This document shows positions 1-12,000 of a stretch of DNA of 64,000 nucleotides, one piece after another. The stretch comes from a virus. Its lineage: Duplodnaviria > Caudoviricetes. The stretch is taken from IMG/VR virus record IMGVR_UViG_3300012344_000018, positions 32,238 through 96,237 of that record; one strand, given 5' to 3'. The stretch's first letter is position 1; each line of letters begins with the position of its first letter. Both the position numbers and the translations under genes were made by a program. The notes beneath the pieces were generated by a model that was not told where the DNA came from, did no database searches, and saw only the letters and a program-made list of their open reading frames with translations.

Positions 1-3000
1 TAGGAGAATAAAGGAAGTTTCTAAATCTTTCAAAAGCAGTACCAGCATCAAGTTTATTTCCATCACTAATTCCAGCTAATTGGTCAAAATCTACAACATT
101 AAATTCTTTACAGATAGCATCTGCAAGAGTTGTAGATTTATCATTATAAAGACCTCTTAGGAAACTAGGTACAGCATTAACCCACATTTCTTTACCTTTA
201 AGATAATCAGATTTATCAAAGAAATCTTTAGCTATATATTCTCCAGCAATAGAAGATTCACCTACAGTAATATTACCAATACCACCAGTTATATTAAGCA
301 TCATAAACTTAGCAGAAGTAAATGCTTGCATAACACTAGCAGCTTTAGTATAATTAGCATTGCTTTCTTTAAACTGATTATATATTAATCTTCTTATCCA
401 ATTTTCATATTGACCTTGAAGTCTAGTATCTTTTTGTTTAAGATAATTAATTTCATCTTTAGCTCCTCTTTGACCATCTCTTTTAAGATTAGACCAACCA
501 AGATTCTTTTCATATACTTCCATTCTATCAAGCATTTCTTTTCCATAGAATAACATATACTTATTATCTTGAATTGCATTAAAATGAGCAGCTTGAGTTA
601 TAAAGTTACTAATAACTGTACGATAATCTCTATTCATAAGAGCTTCATGAATTGCTTTATTTTTAGATTCAGCTTCTTCAATTCTAGCATTATAATCAGC
701 CATTGCTTTATTGTATTCCTCTTCATCAGTATAAGAAGTTCTATTAGGTTTGGTTTTTCTAATATTCTCTATATTAATAGAATCTTTACTACGAAGTTCT
801 TTCATAAGCATAGGCATATCTATAGTTCTATCATCAGCATAATCTATATGATAAAATGGGTCACGACCATTTTGAAGTTTATCACTATAACCTAAGAACT
901 CTAAGAATTGACTTCCCCACCATCTAGCATTATGTTCTCTACCTTTACTCATCATAGGCATATATCCATGACCTATATATCGTTTAGCACTTTCAGTCTT
1001 AGCAAGACTTCTAAGAGTACTATTTAAATAATCAAGAAGTCTTTGTTGATGAGAATTAAGAACTTTATTACTATCATAAGTAGTATCAGTAGATTTCTTA
1101 TAATTATCTATATTTCCTAAACCTTCTCTATAATTAGCATTTTTATATGCACCTTTAGGTTCAAGTTCAGTTTGAGAATAACCAGCTGTCCAAGTACCAT
1201 TGTCATATCTAGGAATAACTTGAGTTTTTCTCCATATAAGAGTAGGTTCAAAAAGATGAGTAAAAGGATTATAAACATGATTACGTTCATACCATTCTTT
1301 AAACTCTTTATCTCCTTTAGCTCTTTGTTTTTTAAGTTCAGCTTCATAATATGGAGTATTTACAGTTTCAAGATATTTACCAATAGTATTAAGAGCTTTA
1401 GTCTTAGCTTCCATTTCTTGACGAAGTGCAGCAGCTTTCTTTCCACTCTTATTTTTTAAATATTTATCCATATCTACTTTAAGAGCAGAATATAAATATC
1501 TATTAGGAACTCTAGGTTTACTTTCATCATAAACTATATTTCCTTCACTATCTGTAACTACTTGGAACTTATCATCAACTTTAGGAATACCCATCATATT
1601 AACTCGTTCCCAAGCTTTATAATATTTATCTCCTTTAGCTTTAGCTCTTTCTCTTTCAAGATTAAAAGCAGTTTCATTATAAGAATTTAAATCGACATAA
1701 TTTCTAATAAACCAACCAATCGACTTACCATTAGTACCATCTACTGTTTTCTTAATTCCAGCAAATAATGGTTGATAAGCATCATAAAGTTTATTTAAAT
1801 CTTCCTCAGTCATTTGAGAAGTTTCAATATGTTTAGTAGATACATCATAATAAGGTCTAAGAATATCATTTACTTGCTTTACAATCTTTTGATATTCTTC
1901 ATTAGGAATACCATTAGATGACATTCTTCTATAAATTTCAGTAGGATAAACAGTGTTATCTTCAGGAGCATTACTTATTAATATTCTGTCACTACAAGTA
2001 CCAAATTTGTTTATATCGTATTTACGTTCTGCTTCTTCTTTTATTTTTTGTTGATATTCGTCAGAATATGCAGAACCATCTATACGACCATATTCATCAT
2101 AAGTAACTTTTCCTTCTTTAACAAGTTTCTTAGTGACAGCTTTAAATACTTCACTTCTATTACCTTTATATCCTAAAGACTTATAAGCTTCATGTATCTC
2201 TTTTTGAATATCAGGGTCAATAGTCCATTTAGCATTAGCTGCTAACCAAGCTTTAGCTCTTTTATAATCTTCATTTGCTTCAAGTTGAGATACTGGAACT
2301 CTAAGTCTTCCATAAGCATCACGAGCTTCAGCAGTTTCAATTATATCAAGATTCTTATTAAGTTGTTCTTCAAAACCTTTCTTTACTTTATTATCATTAT
2401 ATTTATTTCTTATTTCATTAATCTTAGCTAAATAGTTATCTAAAGCTTTGCAATCAGCATAATTATTAGTACGAGCTTTTCTATATCTTTCTTCATCTAC
2501 TATTTCTATAACTTCACCTTTATCATTAACTCTTGCTCCAGGATAACCTATAACAAAAGATTCTTTTTCTTCATAAGTATTAAAATCTATAGTAGAACGA
2601 AGTTCAAGAATTTTACTTTGTAAATCTTTAAGTTTAGATTCATCAGCAGGGTCAAGAACTCCATTAATTCTACCTTCATTTATCTTTGCTATCTGAGCAC
2701 GAAGTTTAGTATATTCTTCAAATATAGGCATATGATGAGCAATCATTTCTTCATCATTATCATAAAGTTCTTTATAATAGTCATCTACAAATCTTCTATT
2801 AACATGGTCTAATAAGAACTTATCATATTTATGTTGAGCAAGAATATAATCTTTAGGATTGTCAATTCTATTAGCTTTAGCTTCTCTAAGTTCTTTAGCT
2901 ATTGCTTTATAATCAGATTCAAACTTTTCATTATAAGGACGAATACTTCTACCATCTTTATCAATTATATCATCAAAAGAAAGATTAACTCCGTCTCTTC

Positions 3001-6000
3001 TAGCATCAGCAAAAATCTTATCTAGTTCTTTATTAAAACTTTCTACTCGTTTCATTGCTTGCATTTCTTTAGCTCTAATATCAGCCATTACATTTCTAGT
3101 AATAACTTGCACAAAAGCATTACCAGAATCTTGTAAATCACCAACCCAAGCATCAAACCAACTAGTAGAATGAAAGCCATCAAATACACTAATAATATTA
3201 TTTTGAATCATTGGATTATCACTAAGTTTAGCAAGATAATCAGTAGCAAATAATGTTTCAGCTTGTTCAAGATTAGAACTATTAATAAGAGACTTAATGT
3301 TATCTTGAATCTTCTGAATATAATTAATAGTATTATCTGATTGTTTAGTCTTATCAACTTTAACAGAAACAATATCTCCATATTTAGTAATTAAAGCTCT
3401 AGCGTCAAGAAGAGTTTTTAAGAAACGTCTTTGTTCCATAGGATTGTTTCTAATATAATTAATAGTTTCAGCTTCAACTACAGAATGATAATGACCATTC
3501 TCATCAGCAAAAAATTGATTCAAATTAGAATTAACTTGTTCAACTTTAGTTCTAACATAATCACTAATTGCACCATAAACTTTTTCTTCTTCATTACTAA
3601 ATTGAACTTTCTTACCTTCAAATCCTTTTTCCCCTAATTTACGAACTTGACGTCTAGCTTCATAATCACCTTCATTTGCTCTACGAGACATATCTCTATA
3701 AGCGTCAATACTATAATCAAGAATAGTAGCATATTTCTTCTCATTAGTATCAAGAATAATATTTTTATTCTCAACTTTAGGAACTTCTTTAACTACTACA
3801 GTATTTGGAGCAACTATTATTCCTAAATCACCAAGACGACTAATTTCATTTGGAGAATATTTTCTAAATACAAAATTTGTATCTATAGTTCCATCATCTC
3901 CAGTTTCAGCATCTATATAATTAGAAACTATATGTTGTTGATGTCCAAATCTATAATTTACCATTCTACTTAGATAAATGTTTTGTATAGTAAATTCCTT
4001 ACCATTAGATGTAGGATATTTAGCAACTATATCTTGAATAGCTGCTCTAGCTGCACCTTCATTATATTTATCAGGATGATTTAAATCAAATACTCTTTCA
4101 TTCTTTAGTTTCTTATATTTAATTCCAAGATTGTATTTAGAAGCAAGTTCATTTATATCTTCTAATTCAAGATTTTCACCATTATTCTTTTCAATCTCAT
4201 TGATATAATCAAGATAAAAAGCTTCAGGTTTAAACTTATTATTTTCTTTAGTAAGACTTATTCCTGAAGTTTCATTTTCATCAAGTTTATTAATAGGATA
4301 AGCATAAACAGTTGTACCTATAGATTGAATCTTATAAAGAATACTTCTATATTCTTTATCAGCAGTTTTCTTAGTTTTAATTTCTACATAACTATTGCTT
4401 CTAAAATCATTAGGAATTTGTCTAGTAGAAGTGTCAGTTATAACACCATATTTAATAGCAAGTCTTCTATCTTCTTTAAGTTTATTCAATCTATCTTTAA
4501 AATCTTTTATTTCTTTAGAAATACGTTTTCTTTCTTCTTCATCAGTTTCATTATTAATCTCACCTTGAAGCTCAGAAATAGTATTTTCTAAATCAGTAGT
4601 ATCAGATAAATCAAATCTAAGAAGTTCTCTACTTTTTCTATTTTTATTAAGTTCATTAACTAGACGTTTACCTACTTTAGTTTTAGTTTCTGTTTTATGA
4701 TAAATAAATGAAGCATCACTATGTGAACGAATATAATCTTCAGCAACACCGTAGTCACTTACTTTATTATTAAACTCTTCAAGTATTTGTTTAACTAAAC
4801 TAACTCCACCGAAAAGACTATTATCTTTAAGACTATCATTAGTAATAAACTTATTAATAGCATTTCTTCTCATTTTAAAATTTTCAACTACAAAAGCATA
4901 TTTAATCATATCTATTGCAGCAAGTTTAATAAGAGGATTATCACTATTAATTGCTTGGTCAAACATCATATATGCAGTTTCAATATCAACAGTATCATCT
5001 TTAAAACTAATAGTTTGTTTAGATTGACCAGTTTGTTGAGCTTCATATTGATTAAACAAATTTACTTTGCAAAGACCAAATATACCAGCATCTTCAGTAT
5101 TAACTTGAAGCCAAGCTACTTTTTGAGCTGGAGTAAGTTTAGCAAACGTTTCAATTTCTTTTTGTGTAGGATAAACAATATCATTGACTGCAAACTTAAT
5201 GTCACTAGAAGCGTTATAACCAAATATTCTTTGACGTTCAGCTATTTCATCACTATCATTGTTTAAACTAAACTGAGCAAAAGTACCATCTTGATTAAAA
5301 ATAGGATTAACAGTCATTCTTATAGCAGGAGTATTATTATATATTCCACTAAGAACATATTGTTGAAAATCAGAATATTCTTTCTCATTTATTTGTCTAG
5401 TATTATCACTAAAAGAATCTTCAAGACTATAAATTATATCTTTAAACCAATTAGCTTGAGTATCAAAAAGCATACTATTAATACTAGTAGAAGTAGAAGT
5501 AGCATATTTTAAGAAACAATGAAGCGAAGGATAAGCTGAATCTGAATCAATACTTTGAGTCATATAATGATATAAATCATAAGATTTAATACCATTGTTA
5601 TCAACAATAAGCCCAGGATATATAGATTCAAGAAATGAAATAGAACTACCATCTTCTTTAGTAACATCAAGAACACTATGTTGTCTAGCATTATCTCCAT
5701 TTACAATAGTTTCAATATCTCTAAAAACTTTATTAGTTGCAAATATAGTTTGTTTAGCTCCAAATCTATCAGGATTACAAACTCTTGCTAAACTACTAAT
5801 ACCTTGAGCAAGTTTATTAATATCATTATAAGCAAAGAGAATATTAAGGTCAAATAACAATCTTTCTACGGGGGGGTTAGTTTGACCATCTTCTTCATTA
5901 ATTCTTGCAGCTAAATCATCGTAGTCAAGAATAATTCTATTATTATCTGTAAGACTATAATTAGTTTTAAGTACAGTATTAATTTTATCTATAGCTTTTT

Positions 6001-9000
6001 GTACACTATCTTCTTCAGTTACACCTATATTAAGTTCTATAGCTAGTTTCTTAATAGCGTTCTCAATAGGTTTAGAAGTTTCTTCTACATAAATAGATTT
6101 ATTAGCATTATATTCATTAACAATTCTAGTAATAGCAGGCTGCATAATAAATGCACAAGTAGTATCATAATTACTACCAATATCAGGAAGAGTTTTATAT
6201 ACAGCAAAAGTAAAATCATTTACGTTAGGTATAGCACCTTCCTTTACTGCATCAAGAATATGAGCAGTAGTTTGAGAAGTATAAGCAGTAAGAATACGTC
6301 CATCTACATTTTTATTGTCTTCAGACCAACCTATTCTAGTATGAGTAATAGTACATTTACTATTACCTAAATCTTTAACGTTATCTTTACCGAATCTATT
6401 AATAAGTTCTTTAAGTTGTTTATTGTCTTTATAATGATAATTAATTTGAATAGTATTATCAGAATTAATAGTTGGTCTAACTGTGTTACATACTGACACA
6501 AATGTATCACGAGTGACACTAAATGCTTTAAGTTTAGCACCACTCATAACATCTTCCTGATAATCAGCTTGCTCAAGAAAATCATAAGGACTTCTAGCTT
6601 TACGAATTTCTTTAACTACAGGATTGATAACTTTATCACGTGCAGAAATAATATCATCAAAATTAGAACGAGAAAGATTCTCTTCAAGAGATTCATCAGA
6701 TTGAAGAATATCAATCATATCATCAAGAAGTCTATTGTTACGAGCATTACGAGTATTAGCATTTTCAACATTTTGACTAAGATACTCATCATAAGTCATA
6801 AGACCAAGCTTCTTAGCAGCATTATTAAATTTATCAATTCTAGCTTGAAGAATAGCTTTTGCTTTATCAGACTTAAAGTTTTTCTTATTAATATATTCGT
6901 TACTAATAGAATCAACCATATCTTCATGAATAGATATAAAGTTATTATCTGCTTCATCAAGATTGGATTTATTCTCACGAATATAATCAGCTACAAACTG
7001 AAGTTGTTTAAGATAACTATCTTTAGTAAGTTTACCAGTCTTTTCATTCTTTACAGCTTGAGATTCAAATGCAGTATGAGCATCCTTTACAAGTTGTTTT
7101 GTTTCATCAGAAAGAGCTTCATAAGCTTCAGATTCTTCAGCAGAAAGTTCTTTACGAGACTTTTCAAATTGTTCATCTATTTCTTTATTAAGTTGTTCAA
7201 AAGCAGCTTTAACTGATTTATCTTTAATCTTATCAGCTTTTTCAAGATGTCTATTTACATAGTTAGCATAATCGTAAATATCAAGAGTTTCAGAATAAGA
7301 CTGTTTTCTAATATTACCACGCTTATCTACATAACTACTATATTGAATACCATATACAGAGTCAATATCAAAGTCAGAACCAGTCTGTGAAACCCAATCA
7401 TCAGGAACTACAATAGTTGAACCTTGAGCATCATCAAGGAAACCAACTACTTTCATAACACAAACAGATTGCTTACCTTCAGTAGGAATACGATAACCAA
7501 TAAGAGTATCAAGACTAGCATCCTGAAGCTGTTTCAGAAGTCCTCCTATAATATTTCCGTTTTCATCTCTAATTTCATCAGCTTCTTTATAACTTCCATC
7601 TTCATTCTTAGCAAAACCAAAATTAGACTTAGGAAGCATAATTTCAATATATCTCTTACCATTTGGATGATATTTAAGTTCTTTGTTTATTGTACTACCT
7701 TTAACAATATGTTGTTTATCAGCTTTAAAACCTACATTAGTAATCTGAGCAGCATGGAAACCGGGAAGTTTTTGACGAGTAATATTTCTATTAAATACAG
7801 ACTGACTAACACTTTCAAGTTTACTAATAGCATTACTAAGAATCATTGGCATATTAGGATTTGGTCTTCCTGTCATAGGATTAACAACTTCATTTTCAAT
7901 AAGAGTTACATAATCCATCATATTACTATCAAGACCAAGACGCATACATTCTTCTTTAAGCTTAGAGAAGAACATCTTATAATCTATACCACTAATAGTA
8001 CCATCGTCATTAAATTTAATATTGCCATTTTCATCTCTTGGAATATTAATTTCATCAGCTAAAGTATTAAAACTATCTTTAATATTAGCCGAGTAAAGTC
8101 TAAAGAACTCTTGTTTCTTAGCATAAAGAGGACTTAAAGGACTAATATTATCGATAATCTTTTTCATTATCTGAATACCAGCTTTATTCTCAGCATCCAT
8201 ATGTTGTGGAGTTTCTTGCTGAGTATAAAGATGATTATAATCATAATATTCAGCATAAGCTTGAGCGTGAGCATTAAAGTCATCAATATGTTCTTGAGTA
8301 ACTTCACCAGTTTTAGAATCAAATATTTCAAGCACTCTAGCTTTACCAGCTTTACTTGTCTCTTCAGTATTAAGTTGGTCAATATTATTATCTTTCATAA
8401 GATTATAAACTTGTTCAAGTTGAGTACCTCTAATAAATCTAGGAACAAGAACAAATTCAGCATTCTTAATTTGACGAGGAACAAATTTCTTACTTATAGG
8501 GTCAAAGTATTGGTCATAATAAAAATTCTTCTGAACTTGAACAAATTCTTTAATATCTCCACTACTAAGAGGTTCGTCATTTTGAATCTTTTCAATAAGA
8601 GGTAAATACTTAGTTAATTGTCCACGACCAGCTACACGACGAACCCATTCTTCAAATGTAATATAAGACTGAGCATCGTTTACAGTAGTACCAGTGAAAC
8701 CACCACCACGCTTAATACTTCTATCTTTATTTAATTCTGGAGTACCATCAGATTTATATTGAATAGGTCCGCCCATCAAATCTCTAGCTTGTTCAATAGT
8801 AAGACCTGCGTGTTTAACAAGGTCTTTTACTAAAGTACCATCTGCTCCTTCAGTATGTCCATCAGGAAATTGTTTTATTACTTTACATTCTTCAGAGGTT
8901 CTAATTGTATTCTTAATAGTTATACCTCTAAACTTAGTCATTTGTTGAACATCAATAGGATTCTTAAAACTAGCAAAACGTTTTTGAATTTCGCCATTAT

Positions 9001-12000
9001 TAAGAGGAGAACCTACTACAGCTAAAGATTCACTAGCGTAATCGCTAGCGTAATCACAAAAACCATAAGGTACACCACTAGCTTGACTTTCCTTACTACG
9101 TTTCAAGAAAGTCTGAGTATCTTTATAAAACTTAGTATCTCCTTCAAATAAATCATTAAATGAAATATAAGCAAGTCTATTATTAAGAACAAAATCAGCT
9201 ACGTTTTGGTCATTAATAAGACCAGCAACATCAAGACCCTTATAAGTATCAAATTTTTCAACTTGTTGATTAACATAATTAGTTATAAACTTACTAATCA
9301 TTTGAGTAACTTTATCATTTTGTTCTTTAGATAGATTAACTTGTACTTTGTCGCCATCAGAAGTAAAAGGAATATAAGCATCAATATCCCCCCCGTAGAG
9401 AGAACTGAATAGTTCATTCATTAAATTTTGAGCTACATTTGTAGTCGTACCATCATTATTAGTTATACTAAATCTATCATCTTTAAATAGACGACCAGTA
9501 AAAGTAAGACCTTTAGTTTTATCATTATATTCAACAAAATGTTTATGTCCTTTACCTACTTCATATACAGCGTAAGCTTTACGAGCAGATTCTTCATCAA
9601 ATCCCCAACCTTCTTTAAATTTAGGTTCTCCAAATTTATGGTCTGGACTTTCACCTTCTTGCCAACGTTGAATCCTACCATTAGCATCAGTAACAAACCA
9701 TTGATTAATATTATGAGCCATATCAGTAAGTTCTTGAATAAAAACATTACGATATTGTTGGAAAAGAGGATGATTAATATTAATCTGTTTATCTATAATA
9801 ACATCTCCTATCTTACCAGTACGATTAGCTTCACGTCTAATATTAGATACAAGACTTTGACGAACATCAGAACCAAATTCATTTCCTATATGATAAGGTT
9901 TAGCATTTGTAATATAAACATTATTATCAGCATCAAATTCAGCTTTACCTTGAAGTACATATCTTTCTTGATTTCCTAATTCATCTGTATATGTATAACC
10001 AATAGTAATATTATCTCCATTACGATAACTTCCTTTATGATTAGTATCTTTAAGAATTTGATAGTCTCTAATCTTACGTCTATTAATTCTAGTAGCACGT
10101 AAATCTCTAATCATTTGATTATAATCTTCACGAGATTCAACTTTGATAAATTGTTTAAGTTGAGCCTCAGTAGGAGACTTTTCTACTTTAGGTATATCAG
10201 TCAAAACTTTATTAATAGCTGCTTCAACTTCTGCATTATTTTCTATAGTAAATAAATCTCCATAATTAGCATCATGATAAGCATATCTAGCTGCTCTAAC
10301 AATAAAATTCTTAGGAGCATCAGAAGGAATGCGCATAAAATAATTAGCTAGATTAATATCATATTTATTATCACTATCAAAATCTTTCTCAGTATTAAAG
10401 AAATTAGCAAAACCAGTATAAACATAATCTCCTTTACTCATTCCTGAATAAAGAACATTTTCACCTGTATTAGGATTACCAGCACCATTAAACAAACTAA
10501 TATTAAGAAGTTGTCTAGCGTAAGCAGTTGGAGCATATTTATCTCCTATTTTCTTAAATAATCCATAAACAATAATCTTATCATTGGCATTTCTTTGTTC
10601 AAGAAGAATATTACTAAGATTATATTGATTGCCTTGGAACTTATAATTACCATATTGAATTAAAGCTTCAGGAGAAAGTTTACCTTCAGCATCAGTACTC
10701 ATTTCAGTTCCATTAAGAGCATTCATAAGATTAGTAAGCATAGAACTGTTTATAATGTCAGAACTTTGATTACCAAGAACATTACGAGAATTAAATTGAA
10801 GAGCAATACTAGAATATGGTTCAAGAAGTCCAGCAAGTTCATTAGCATTAGCTATACTTTGTTGACTAATAATACTTTCGTGAGGAATAACTAATTTAGC
10901 ATTAGGGTCTTCTTCAAGAGCAAATCTATATTTACGTTTAGCATCTTCATTTTCTTCTCTATATTGTTGATTAAGAGTTGCAGCTTTGGCTGTGCTTGCT
11001 AAATTATTTATAAGAATATTAGCATTTGCTATAACACTAACTTTACCATTAATTTTATTAGTTCTAAGGAATGAACCAATAGAATTTTTATCCATATCAG
11101 GATAATATGTATGAAGAGCTTGAGATAAATTAGATTCTATACCACTAAAAGCTTCTTGCATACGAATATCGTTGTTAGTCTTAAGTCCGCTATTATAACG
11201 AGTTATATATTTGTTTACAATATCTATAGCTTCCGTAGCATGATTCTCAAGATTAGTAAGAGAAGTGTGCTTAATATTATTTTGGAAACTAAATCTTAAT
11301 GATTGAGTACGACTAGCTTCTTTATTAGAAGATATAGCATGGACTTCTTTGTTACCTTCAACTCTAGTTTCAGTTTTAGGCATAATACTTCTAATAAATT
11401 GACGTCTAAAAGAATAAGCAAAATCTTTATTAGATTTAAGTGTATCTACAAGTTTAATAAGACCTGCCATTTCTTTATTATTATTAGCTATATTTTCAAT
11501 AGACTTAATAAAAGAAGGAACATTATCTCTACTACATTGAGAAATAATTGTAGCAATAGCCTTTTTACCATCAATAAAATCTAATGTACCAAGAGGATTA
11601 CTTCTATCATAAGAATATTTTCCATCAACTTTAGCTGTAGAAGTAAGTTTAGGAATAGTAAACATGATAAGTCTAACACTATCATCAATACCATTCATAA
11701 AATTACTACCCATACCACTATTATCATCCCATCTAGCAGTAGTAGTATCTACATCATATTCTTTATTAGTACCATCTACAAAGTCTTGATTATCATCATT
11801 GACAAATGTGTCTTCTGTTAAACCTTCTTCGTCAAATCTTTCATCAACAGAATCATCAGATTTAGTTCTAAGAAGACCAAGACGACTATCTCCAGCATAT
11901 ATTGCATTAAAGAATTTAGCTTTGTTAGTAAGCATTTCTTTAAACATAGCAAGAGTGTTTCTATCTTCAATAGGAAGAGTTTGAAAATCTTTATCTATAG